A stretch of 64,000 nucleotides of DNA from an uncultured Oscillospiraceae bacterium. GTDB lineage: Bacteria; Bacillota; Clostridia; Oscillospirales; Oscillospiraceae. Positions 50,072 through 59,450 of the stretch are shown here, one piece after another (positions within the stretch are counted from its first letter, which is position 1; each line of letters begins with the position of its first letter). The position numbers and the translations under genes are program-made. The notes under the pieces are model-generated. The model was given only the letters and a program-made list of their open reading frames with translations, was not told the origin of the DNA and made no database searches. Location: positions 35,193 to 99,192 of the forward strand of contig CALWYD010000080.1 of NCBI GenBank assembly GCA_944385675.1. The letters are read 5' to 3'.

Positions 50072-52105
50072 CTACCAGCTCTTTTCAATGGTCAGCACAT
50101 TCATCCCGTCGGCGTAGGCGTAGGTAATACGGTCCATGGTCTTTTTGACCATGAAGATGCCAAGGCCGCCGATCTCCCGTTCCTCAGCTCCAAGGGTGGT
50201 GTCCGGGTTGGCCTGTTGTGTGGGATCATAGGGTCTGCCGTTGTCAGTGAAGCGGAGAACCGCCCGGCCCTCCTTCACCTCACAGCCCACGGTGGCGGAT
50301 GTAGCGCCGCTGTATCGGGCGATGTTGGAAAAGATCTCGTCAATGGCCACATTGACCTGGGCGATCACCTTTGGCGGGGCCTGATGGGCTGTCAACTCCT
50401 CCTCAAAGAAGTCGCTCACCGCCCCGATCTGCTCCAGCCTCGGCTCTACGCTCCGCTTTTTCATGGCCTTCTTCCCCGTGTTCCGCCGCCGGATGGCCAG
50501 CATGGTGATGTCGTCAAACTGGGGCACGCCCCCCACGAACCGGTCAATGTCCCGCTTCACATCCCGCAGCAGCTCCTCCGGCGCCCGGTCCCGGCTGCGG
50601 TTCAGCGCCTCAAGCATCCGGTCCGTTCCGTACAGGGCGTTGGCCCCATTTGTCGCCTCGGCCACGCCGTCCGTATACACGAACAGGGTGTCGCCCATGC
50701 CCAGCTCCAGCTCATACTCCCGGTATCGGGCATTCTCCATGCCCGCCAGCACAAAACCGTGGTGGTCCTTGAAAAGCTCGAATTCCCCGTTCGCCCGCTG
50801 AATAGCGGGATATTCGTGGCCCGCGTTGGCGGCGGTCAGCCTACCAGTGGAAATCTCATAGAAGCCCAGCCACACGGTGACGAACATCTCCGCCTCGTTG
50901 TTCTCACACAGCTGGTTGTTCACCTTCTCCAGGACTGCCTTGGGGGACAGGCCCGTCTGGGCGGCGTTCTTCAGCAACGTCTTGGCGATCACCATGAACA
51001 GTGCCGCCGGCACGCCCTTGCCGGAGACGTCCGCCATCACCAGGGCCAGGTGGTCGTCGTCCACCAAGAAGAAGTCGTAGAAGTCTCCGCCCACCTCCTT
51101 GGCCGGAGTCATGCTGGCGTAAATGTCAAATTCAGGCCGCTCCGGAAAGGCAGGAAAGATCCGGGGCAACATATCCGCCTGAATCTGGGTGGCCACGTTC
51201 AGCTCCGCGCCGATACGTTCCTTTTCCGCGGTGATGTCCATGAAGCTGCGGATATAGGAGATCATGTCCTCCTCCATTTTTCGGAAGGAGTCCGCCAGCA
51301 GCTCCACCTCGTCCCCCGTGCGGATCGCCGGGACATTCACGGTCGCGGTGCCGGCGGCCAGTTCCTCCTCGTTGTTCTGGATAAAGGAACCGGTAGCCCG
51401 GGTCAGCTGCTCAATGGGCCGGATTACCTTCCTGCGCATCACAACCAGGAACAAAGCGATGAAACAGACGGTGAGGGCCGCCAGCAGAACCGCCAGCGCG
51501 ATCAGAAAGGTTCGCTGGGTGTTCATCACCTCATTCATGCTGATGTCCGTCATCACATAGCCCGCCATCGTCCCGTCGGCATGCAGCACCGGCGTCATGG
51601 CGGTCATCAGCCAGCCGAAGCTCTCATCCCACTGGATGATGGGGGCGACAGGCTGTCCGGCGAGAAGATTGTCCAAATTCTCTTTGAACTCTCCCACCAG
51701 GTCCACATAGGTCCCCAGGGCACAGTAGCCGCCATCTTCATACTCGCCTCCCTCACCGGTTTCCATATCGGAATCAAAGAGGAAAGTGACCCCCGTCCCA
51801 TGGGGGCGGACAACATAGAGATACTCCACATCATTGCTGTCCACCATGTCCCGGATGAACTCCTGGGTTATGTAATAGGCCTCATCCATTTCACCGGTCT
51901 CATAATAATGGTCCAATTCGTCCGCATCCAGCTGGCTGGCCAGGGTACGCGCCAGGTTCGTCGCCAGCGTTTCATAGTAAGCTGTCATGTTGGAACTGAA
52001 TACCCGGTAGCTCACAAAAATTGCCACAAGGCTCAGTACCACACTCATCAGTATGATAAGGATCGTCAACTTTTTCCCCAATGAAAACTTTACCCTGGGC
52101 CTCAT
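50072..52105 (-). CDS. Membrane sensor: extracellular domain-HAMP-PP2C (SpoIIE/RsbU) phosphatase-RsbW-like HATPase
   Basis: Two TMs, DEVELLADSF HAMP, VGGDFYD, DVSGKG, YTDGV.EA, FDDIT; DEIFSNIARY, DNGRPYDP, GGLGIFMV. Confidence 0.92.
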   Translation of the reverse strand: MRPRVKFSLGKKLTILIILMSVVLSLVAIFVSYRVFSSNMTAYYETLATNLARTLASQLDADELDHYYETGEMDEAYYITQEFIRDMVDSNDVEYLYVVRPHGTGVTFLFDSDMETGEGGEYEDGGYCALGTYVDLVGEFKENLDNLLAGQPVAPIIQWDESFGWLMTAMTPVLHADGTMAGYVMTDISMNEVMNTQRTFLIALAVLLAALTVCFIALFLVVMRRKVIRPIEQLTRATGSFIQNNEEELAAGTATVNVPAIRTGDEVELLADSFRKMEEDMISYIRSFMDITAEKERIGAELNVATQIQADMLPRIFPAFPERPEFDIYASMTPAKEVGGDFYDFFLVDDDHLALVMADVSGKGVPAALFMVIAKTLLKNAAQTGLSPKAVLEKVNNQLCENNEAEMFVTVWLGFYEISTGRLTAANAGHEYPAIQRANGEFELFKDHHGFVLAGMENARYREYELELGMGDTLFVYTDGVAEATNGANALYGTDRMLEALNRSRDRAPEELLRDVKRDIDRFVGGVPQFDDITMLAIRRRNTGKKAMKKRSVEPRLEQIGAVSDFFEEELTAHQAPPKVIAQVNVAIDEIFSNIARYSGATSATVGCEVKEGRAVLRFTDNGRPYDPTQQANPDTTLGAEEREIGGLGIFMVKKTMDRITYAYADGMNVLTIEKSW

Positions 52106-52153
52106 GCTGTTTCCTCCCCGCGATTCCAGTAAAATGGCACAGTATGGCTTCGG

Positions 52154-53899
52154 CTACACCCGGATTACCAGGGTGTTGAAGCCTGCATACCGCCGGTAAA
52201 AGAATTCCCTGGCCTTGCTTTTTATCATTTTTATTCCAAGTGCGTCCAGCCCCCTGCCCTTTTCCAGGCTGATTTCCTCCGTGTCCAGGTCAAATGGGTT
52301 GAATGCCTTGGCATTGTCCCGCAGATGGAGGGCCACAGTCCCGTCATTGTGGGGCACAATAGTGAATTGGATATACCCCTCGCCGGAGGGGAAGGGTTGG
52401 GCAAGGATCAGGGCGCATACCTCCTCCACGGCGATAGCGGCGAAATAGCCCTGGGTGACCGTGGCGTGGATCCCCTCCAGGTACTGGGAGACTGCTTGGC
52501 TCACTGCGCCCAAGTCCGCATCCCTGCTCTCCACAAAGGCGCTGAATACCCGGCTGTCATCCTCATCCAGATAGGTCCACGACCTGTTGCGCCGGTTGTA
52601 GGTTGCCAGCACAGCCAGCGTAGCCAGTTCCATGCAGGGATAGGTCCACCAGAACAGGTCAATCCCGCCAAGGCTGAAGAGAAGACTAAAGGCCAGGAAA
52701 AAGACAAAGGAGCGCAGCGTGAAGAGTAGATAACTGATGGACTCCCGCCCCAGAGCCTGGTAGTAGTAGGTGAGCACCATATTGATGCCGGAGGGGATGA
52801 CGCACAGAGCGTAAACACGGATGGCTGCGCTCCCCATGGCCAGTTCCGCCGCCGTCCGCAGACCGAAGGCGAAGCTAATCCACTCCGGCGCCACCACCAG
52901 AAGCGCCACAATCACCAGGTTGACTGCCATGGATACCTGGAAGGCCTGCTTCAGTGTGCACCGGATGTTGGGCTTGTTGCACTCCCCATGGAAGGTGCTT
53001 ACCATGGGCTGCAGGGCCATGCTGATAGCATCATAGACCGACGCGGCCACCAGGGCCACATTGAACACGATCCCGAACACGGCTACCCCCAGCTCCCCGC
53101 TGATGGACATGAGCAGATGGTTGCAGACCAGGATGGTGATGAACTGGTAGACATACTGCACAGATGTGGCAAATCCTGTCCGGAAAGAGTTCAGGACGGA
53201 ATAGATCTGATACTTGGGCCAGCAGAAGCGGAGACAGCCCCGCTTTTTGAAAAAATGGATCAGGCTGATCAGGATCATCACACTGGCGCCGAGGCCGGTG
53301 GAGTAGACCGAGCCGGCAACACCCATATCCATTAGAACCACAAAAACATAGTTGAAGACGATATCCAGGGTGTTGCTGGTCACAAAAGCCACCGCAGCCA
53401 GCTTCGGGTCATTGTCACAATTGACAAAATAATAAAACGGGCCCTGGCAGAACATAATGGGCACCAGAAGCAGCTGGGCGCGGACCAGCGACTGGCAGTT
53501 GGCCCAGACCTCCGTTCCGGGAGCGCCCGCCCCCAGGAACGTAAGTACCTGGGGCAGAAACAGCAGGCCCAGGATGCACAGGCCGATATTGAGAAAGAGG
53601 TCAGTCCGCAGGACATTGGCAAAGATGCGATTCCCCTCCGCCTCGTTTCCCTCGCTGAGGGCGTTGGAGTAGTGGATGGATCCGCCGATGGAGAGGGAAT
53701 AGCTGATGGTATTAAACAGCATATAGACCGGCTGCCCGATGCTGATGGCCGTCATCCCCACCGGACCGATGGCGTTCCCCACAAAGACGCAGTCGGCCAG
53801 TCCGCCGGCGGCAATCCCCAGGCAGGAGAAGAGGCTGGGGAGGAAAAATGTATAAAAGGATTTTCTTACAAACAAGGTTTCCCGCGCGGCTGTTTTCAT
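52154..53899 (-). CDS. MATE transporter fused to C-terminal RsbW-like HATPase domain
   Basis: D..FVGN..G, LDIVFN.VFV..MDMGVAG, ~12 TMs; tail AVEE...LRDNAKAFNPFD...LGIKMIK...YRRYAGFNTLVI. Confidence 0.88.
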   Translation of the reverse strand: MKTAARETLFVRKSFYTFFLPSLFSCLGIAAGGLADCVFVGNAIGPVGMTAISIGQPVYMLFNTISYSLSIGGSIHYSNALSEGNEAEGNRIFANVLRTDLFLNIGLCILGLLFLPQVLTFLGAGAPGTEVWANCQSLVRAQLLLVPIMFCQGPFYYFVNCDNDPKLAAVAFVTSNTLDIVFNYVFVVLMDMGVAGSVYSTGLGASVMILISLIHFFKKRGCLRFCWPKYQIYSVLNSFRTGFATSVQYVYQFITILVCNHLLMSISGELGVAVFGIVFNVALVAASVYDAISMALQPMVSTFHGECNKPNIRCTLKQAFQVSMAVNLVIVALLVVAPEWISFAFGLRTAAELAMGSAAIRVYALCVIPSGINMVLTYYYQALGRESISYLLFTLRSFVFFLAFSLLFSLGGIDLFWWTYPCMELATLAVLATYNRRNRSWTYLDEDDSRVFSAFVESRDADLGAVSQAVSQYLEGIHATVTQGYFAAIAVEEVCALILAQPFPSGEGYIQFTIVPHNDGTVALHLRDNAKAFNPFDLDTEEISLEKGRGLDALGIKMIKSKAREFFYRRYAGFNTLVIRV

Positions 53900-54015
53900 G
53901 GGGTGGATTTTCCTCTCTTTTGAATCTTGCGGCTAAACTGCACAACGAAGGTTGAAGCTTCACCGTACAGACGTACTGCAGGCTCCGTTTCCAGTGCCTG
54001 TGCGGTGTTCCTCTG

Positions 54016-55416
54016 TCAGTGAGTCACCAAGAACATGGCGGTGAACAGCCCGGCAATGACCCAGGTGCCCGAATTCAGTTCCTTCCTCCTGCCGATAAAC
54101 ACGGTGATCAGGACGTGAGAAATTACGCCGAAGGCGATCCCATAGGCGATGTTGTACGTCAAAGGCATGATGATCAGAGTCAAAAAGGCGGGGACCGCCT
54201 CTCTGGTATTCTGCCAGTCGATCTTTTTGGCGCAGTCGATCATCAGAACCCCCACATAGATCAGGGCCGCCGCCGTAGCGCAGTTGGGGACGAAAGAGGC
54301 GACGGGGCCGAAGAACATGGCCAGAAAGAACAACCCGCCGGTGGCCATGGAAGCCAGCCCCGTCTTTCCTCCCTCGGCAATGCCGGCGGATGCCTCCACG
54401 TAGGAACTGACGGTAGAGGTCCCGCACACCGCGCCGCAGACGGTGGCCACAGCGTCGGCAAGCATGGCCTGCTCCATGTTGGGCACCGAGCCGTCCTCGG
54501 TCAGCAGGTCGCCCCGGGCACAGGCCCCGTACAGGGTCCCGAGGGTGTCAAACATATCCACCAGACAGAAGGCCAGGGCGGTGGTGCAGATCAGCACAGC
54601 CAGTTCCACAAGGTCGTGGTCTGCCAGATAGTGTGAAAAGTCAAAGCCCGCTGTAAAAACCTGCCCCAAGGCCGCAACGCCGAACTCCCTGAAGGCCGCC
54701 AGCGGGTCCAGATCCAGGCCGGCGCCAAAGCCGGCATAAAACCCCGGGATGAAGGCACCCAACAGGTAGTATAGGGCGCTTCCACCCAAAATGCCCCACA
54801 GGACGGCCCCCCGGACTCCGCGGCAGGACATGACCGCGATGGCGATCAGCACCGCCAGCGTCACCACCATGGGCATGATGTCCGCCCAGGTGACAGATCC
54901 GAACAGCAGGTCGAAGGAGGCCATGGTCACGAAGGTCTCCGCATCGGCCACCACGATACCGGCGTTTTTCAGCCCGATGAAGGCGATGAACAGGCCCACG
55001 CCCGCCGGAATGGTCAGCCGCACCGGGGTGGGGATGGCCTCAAAGATCTTCCTGCGCAGGCCGCTCACCGTCAAAAGGACAAAGACGATCCCGTCCAGCA
55101 GAACCAGGAGCAGGGCGTTTGCGTAGGTCAGCCCAAATCCCAGGCACACGGTGTAGACGAAAAAGGCGTTGGAGCCCATGGCGGAAGCCTGGGCCATAGG
55201 CAGGTTGGCCCAAAGGCCGATGAGAATGGTACCGATGGCTGCGGAAAGCGCCGTAGCGATGTAGACACCGTAATAGGACGCATCGGGCAGCTCGGCGAAC
55301 ATTCCGGGGTTCACCATCAGAATATATGCCATGGTCATAAAGGTGGTCAAGCCCGCCAGCAGTTCTGTCCGAACGCTGGATCCCTTTTCCCTGACATGGA
55401 ACAGCTTTTCAATCAT
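54016..55416 (-). CDS. NCS2/AzgA-PbuG family purine permease
   Basis: TELLAGLTTFMTMAYI.VNP, GVGLFIAFIG, DMFDTLGT, GTSTVSSYVE. Confidence 0.92.
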   Translation of the reverse strand: MIEKLFHVREKGSSVRTELLAGLTTFMTMAYILMVNPGMFAELPDASYYGVYIATALSAAIGTILIGLWANLPMAQASAMGSNAFFVYTVCLGFGLTYANALLLVLLDGIVFVLLTVSGLRRKIFEAIPTPVRLTIPAGVGLFIAFIGLKNAGIVVADAETFVTMASFDLLFGSVTWADIMPMVVTLAVLIAIAVMSCRGVRGAVLWGILGGSALYYLLGAFIPGFYAGFGAGLDLDPLAAFREFGVAALGQVFTAGFDFSHYLADHDLVELAVLICTTALAFCLVDMFDTLGTLYGACARGDLLTEDGSVPNMEQAMLADAVATVCGAVCGTSTVSSYVEASAGIAEGGKTGLASMATGGLFFLAMFFGPVASFVPNCATAAALIYVGVLMIDCAKKIDWQNTREAVPAFLTLIIMPLTYNIAYGIAFGVISHVLITVFIGRRKELNSGTWVIAGLFTAMFLVTH

Positions 55417-55456
55417 GATTATCCCTCTTCCTCCCGCATCTCTTGCCGGTCCCCAT

Positions 55457-55789
55457 TCATGACAGGGTGCCGGTCTTTCCTTTTGCCAGTTTGTATCCGT
55501 ATACCGCGGCGCAGACCACTGCAAAAACAATCCCCGCCGGATAGGCGACGGACTGCGACAGGCGGAAGCTCTCCTCCACCATCAGGATATAGGTACAGAA
55601 GACGCCAGACATAAAATTAGCCGGCACAGCGCACAGGAGAGCGCACCACCTTTTTCCTGTGTGACGCGCCGGATACATTGCTGTACCCTACAGGGCTATC
55701 ATGGCCAGGGTCTGATTGCTCCAGGAAAGTAACGCCAACGGCCAGTAACCGCTGATCAGCAGTACAATGGCACAGATAAATGTGATTAT
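55457..55789 (-). pseudogene. cstA: Internally deleted carbon starvation protein CstA
   Basis: (ATA)ITFICAIVLLISGY N-terminus joined to WRYF/SWSNQTLAMIAL*...PANFMS..TYIL..E.FRLS C-terminus; internal TAG. Confidence 0.7.
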
Positions 55790-55885
55790 CGATATTCCCC
55801 TCGTTCCTGTCGTTCTGTATTAGTTGCTTGCCCTCACACTCATGTGGATCGCGCCCAAAGGATCGGGCAGCTTTAAACGTTTTTG

Positions 55886-57625
55886 TCAAAGATATAGCTG
55901 GGTATTTACGTCAAAAACGCCTCTTGTGGTGAGTCGCAGCGTTGGTATTACCGGCAGAGCCAGAAAGCTGAGGGTCATAAAGGGGTCGATCCCCCGATTC
56001 ACTCCCTGGCGAAAGGCCGCCTCCTTGGCCCTCTCCAGATCCCGATTCACCTGCTCCAGAGGGGCCTCGCTCATGAGGCCAGCAATGGTCAGCACCACCT
56101 GAGCGGCGCAGCCGCCCCCCTTCCACACCGCAATGCCGCCCCGGTTTTCTGCCACCCGGTTCGCTGCGTCGGCCATAGACTGCTCGTCTGTCCCTACCAC
56201 AATGATATTATGGGAATCGTGAGAGATGCTGGAGGCCACCGCCCCCTCCTTCAGTCCGTAGCCCTGGAGATAGCCGATGCCGATGTGCCGGGTATTCTTG
56301 TGCCGCTCCACAACAGCGATCTTCAAGATGTCCCTGGACAAATCGACGCCGCCGGCACGGCCTCTGTCCTCGGTGAGGATCTCCCCGTCCACCAGACCGA
56401 TCACGCCCTTGGGCCGGGAATCCTGGAGGTCTCGGGCGGTGAGAGGGGCCATATGAAAGGTGTTCAGGGCCCGGCGGGCCAGAGGGGGTTCTACCCGGGG
56501 AGCCAGGAAGTCCTCCATGGTCCCGCCGCTATACATCAGCCGCCCCTGCTGGAACACCTTTTCAATGTGGAAGCTTCGGAAGCTGTCAAGGACCACCAGA
56601 TCCGCCAGATACCCCGGGGCAATGGCTCCCCGGTCATCCAGCATGAAGTACCGGGCAGCGTTGAGAGATGCCGCCTTCACTGCCAGGATGGGATCCACCC
56701 CCGCCCGGATGGCGGTCTTCACCAGACAGTCGATGTGCCCTTTCTCCAAGAGGTCGCTGGGGTGCTTATCGTCGCAGCAGAACATGCACCGGTCGGCGTA
56801 CCGGGGGATGAGGAGGGGCAGCAGAGCCTCCAGATTCCTTGCCGCAGTGCCTTCCCGGATCATAATGTACTGGCCCAGCTCCAGCTTTCGAAGGGCATCC
56901 TCCAGGGTACAGCACTCGTGGTCGGAGCGAATTCCCGCGGCCACATAGGCGTTCAGGTCGTAGCCGGTGATGCCGGGGGCGTGGCCGTCCACCTGCCCGC
57001 GGCGGGCCTGGGCCACGGTGATCTTCTCCAGCACCTGGCTGTCCGCCGCCGCCGTTCCCACATAGTTCATCACCTCCGCCAGTCCCCGGACCCTGGGATG
57101 CCCGTAGAAGGGCTCAAGCAAGCGGCAGTCCAGCGTCGCGCCGCTCTCATCCATGGGGGTGGCAGGGACGCAGGCGGGCAGCATAAACTGCACGTCCACC
57201 GGCAGGCCCTCGGTGGCCTGGAGCATATATGCGATGCCGTCGGCTCCCATGACGTTGGCGATCTCATGGGGATCGGCGATAACGGTGGTGGTGCCGTGGG
57301 GCAGCACCGCCCTGGCAAACTCCCCCGGAGCCACCATGGCGCTCTCCAGGTGGATATGGGCGTCCAGGAAGCCGGGAAGGACCAGCTTGCCGGTGAGATC
57401 CATCTCCTGCACCCCGTGATAGGTACAGCCCACGCCCGCGATTACCCCCTCCGCCACAGCAATGTCTCCCATGCAGATTTGATTGGAAAAAACATTGACA
57501 TAAGAGGCATTTTTCAGTACCAGGTCCGCCATCTCCCGGCCGGCGGCCACATGAACGATTCGCTGCTTTTTTGCCAGCAGGCGGCTGATATGTTCTGCGC
57601 AGTTCTCCTGGTGAGATATCATCAT
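55886..57625 (-). CDS. ade: Adenine deaminase
   Basis: PGFLDAHIHLES, DPHEIANV, DGHAP, SDHE, REGTAA, DDKHP, SHDSHN. Confidence 0.93.
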   Translation of the reverse strand: MMISHQENCAEHISRLLAKKQRIVHVAAGREMADLVLKNASYVNVFSNQICMGDIAVAEGVIAGVGCTYHGVQEMDLTGKLVLPGFLDAHIHLESAMVAPGEFARAVLPHGTTTVIADPHEIANVMGADGIAYMLQATEGLPVDVQFMLPACVPATPMDESGATLDCRLLEPFYGHPRVRGLAEVMNYVGTAAADSQVLEKITVAQARRGQVDGHAPGITGYDLNAYVAAGIRSDHECCTLEDALRKLELGQYIMIREGTAARNLEALLPLLIPRYADRCMFCCDDKHPSDLLEKGHIDCLVKTAIRAGVDPILAVKAASLNAARYFMLDDRGAIAPGYLADLVVLDSFRSFHIEKVFQQGRLMYSGGTMEDFLAPRVEPPLARRALNTFHMAPLTARDLQDSRPKGVIGLVDGEILTEDRGRAGGVDLSRDILKIAVVERHKNTRHIGIGYLQGYGLKEGAVASSISHDSHNIIVVGTDEQSMADAANRVAENRGGIAVWKGGGCAAQVVLTIAGLMSEAPLEQVNRDLERAKEAAFRQGVNRGIDPFMTLSFLALPVIPTLRLTTRGVFDVNTQLYL

Positions 57626-58031
57626 ACGCACGGCCCTCCCATAGACGCTCCGGGTCTGGCGGTACGCGGCGCTTTCTTCGCCACCTTTTCCGGAGCGGGC
57701 TTTTGCTGGATCGCCAGCATGGTGTGTTTTTGGATGGCAACGGACAGCACGGTAATGCCCACAATGTAGCAGCCCATATGGAAATATTTGAACCGCCGGT
57801 CCGGCCGGGGGATTACGCGGATGAGTGTGGTCGGCAGCAGGAACAAGAAAATGCAGATGGGCATCCCCGCATTTATGACGGACTGGGGTACGATGAAGAT
57901 GTTCAGCAGATTCAGTGCCCAGGCCGGCAAGGCAATGAGAGCCATCACCTGCAGGCAGCGACAGGCATACCGGTTGTCCTCCCATTCATTCTCCTGGAAA
58001 ACGGGACTTATGGATGAGCGTTTTTTCCCAT
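57622..58031 (-). pseudogene. Truncated/frameshifted membrane protein N-terminus (probable sensor domain)
   Basis: ATG at 58031 is one base out of frame with KKRSSISPVFQENEWEDNRYA..; 3-4 TM helices, then an unrelated-looking tail. Confidence 0.5.
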
Positions 58032-58079
58032 GTTCGTCGCCTTGGGCAACAGATGGGAAAGGCAGGGCCCACCCCTCCT

Positions 58080-59261
58080 TCAGTCCCCGATGTCGCTGTG
58101 GCCCTGTTCAAATTCCCACTGCAGGCCGTACTTGTCGATGAAGTAGAAATACCGTACCTGGCTGAGAATTTTGGCGGTTTGCACGTTCCGTTCATCCGTC
58201 TCCCGCAGGTCCTGGTCAAAGAAATGCACCTCGGAGGGCTCTGTTTCACTGATCTGGAACACCTGATAATCGTCTGCTTGGCTGATGAGTTTCGTATCAG
58301 GCATGGATTTGATATGTAAGAAGGCCTCGTCGATATTGGTAATCTTCAGCGCCACGTGCCGGGCCCCGCTGACGTCGTTGGCGGCAAAAATCACTGGTTC
58401 CCTGCGCCCCTTTGGGTAGTGGTACTGCATCAGTTCCAGCGTCAACTTTGTGCCAGGCACGTTCACAAAGGCGATAGAGACATCGCCCTCCTCTGCCTCA
58501 TCAAGAAAACCGCCCGCTTGGAAAAATCCCTTGTTCCTCCAGTGGGAGAGATAATGGTCAGGCACAGCCCCCAGTAGCTTCTGGTAGTAGGACACGGCCT
58601 CCATCATATCATCCACAAAAATGCATACGTGGGACAGGCCGATGAAGTTGGGCATCTGTTTCTGCAGTGGTGCAGAGAAGTGCTTTTTTACTGTCAAATC
58701 GACCCAGTTGTTTCGCACGGAAACAATGACGTCATCCGCGAAGCCCAGCAGAATCGACTTCTCCACGCCCTCCATTTCCGCGAATTTTTCCTCTTGGGTG
58801 CGCCTCCTCCCATATTCCGCCAAGGACCACACCTGGGAGGATGTCTGCATCAAGGGAACGCCGCCCCCAAAACTATTGCATACCGATATGTAGTAGTCGG
58901 GGTATTCCTGGTAGATAAGCAGGCCGGCGAACAGTGCGCTGATCTTATTTTTCAGCCCCTTGACGGGAGTGTTGATTTTCTCCTTCGACGCGGCAATGAA
59001 TGCCGCTTTCGCATCTTCTTCCATTGGCGCCATGGCGTTCAGGTGCAAAGCGCAGTCGCCGCACTCACACTCCAGCCACAGGGTCCCCCGACAGGCTTTC
59101 AGAATATCTGTTGTCATAGATATCATTTCTTCTGTCAGCAGACGCAGAATATTCGTCTGTTCCCGGTTAAGGCCCGCTTGTTCAGACGCCCGTTCCACCT
59201 CCTGCAGCGCATTCACGGCGCAGGACAGGCTATTGGACAACGCAATTTCATTGGATTTCAT
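58080..59261 (-). CDS. Fusion of degenerate anti-sigma/HATPase-like domain and VOC/glyoxalase domain
   Basis: N-half LRLLTEEM...EKSIL..FADDV.VSV; C-half SHVCIFVDDM..AV.YY, LELMQY, RHVALK, YFIDKYGLQWEFE. Confidence 0.75.
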   Translation of the reverse strand: MKSNEIALSNSLSCAVNALQEVERASEQAGLNREQTNILRLLTEEMISMTTDILKACRGTLWLECECGDCALHLNAMAPMEEDAKAAFIAASKEKINTPVKGLKNKISALFAGLLIYQEYPDYYISVCNSFGGGVPLMQTSSQVWSLAEYGRRRTQEEKFAEMEGVEKSILLGFADDVIVSVRNNWVDLTVKKHFSAPLQKQMPNFIGLSHVCIFVDDMMEAVSYYQKLLGAVPDHYLSHWRNKGFFQAGGFLDEAEEGDVSIAFVNVPGTKLTLELMQYHYPKGRREPVIFAANDVSGARHVALKITNIDEAFLHIKSMPDTKLISQADDYQVFQISETEPSEVHFFDQDLRETDERNVQTAKILSQVRYFYFIDKYGLQWEFEQGHSDIGD

Positions 59262-59264
59262 CAG

Positions 59265-59438
59265 TTAAATCAGCCCCTTCTCTGAAAATCTCTCCGTCAC
59301 AGCCGCAACCACATCGGCAGAGGCATCAATTGACTGTTTTTCTTCCGTCATAGGCAGTTCTATGATTTCCGGCAACCACAGCGGCTCTCCGAAAACGGCT
59401 ACCCCCACGTTTCCACTGCCAATGACCGCAGCCTTCAC
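59265..59438 (-). pseudogene. Internally deleted L-lactate/malate dehydrogenase (57-codon remnant)
   Basis: VKAAVIGSGNVGVAVF (GxGxVG) joined directly to IIELPMTEEKQSIDASADVV (LDH/MDH C-terminal helix). Confidence 0.65.
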
Positions 59439-59450
59439 CCTTCAAGCCCT

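Noticed and set aside
50003-52084. 693-aa plus-strand ORF (and similar long antisense ORFs at 11855, 16660, 33157, 56210)
   Set aside because: Antisense shadows of high-GC genes with clear motifs on the opposite strand
55886-57985. 699-aa extended adenine deaminase
   Set aside because: The N-terminal 120 aa overlap the upstream membrane-protein remnant; a start with RBS at 57625 gives the normal length
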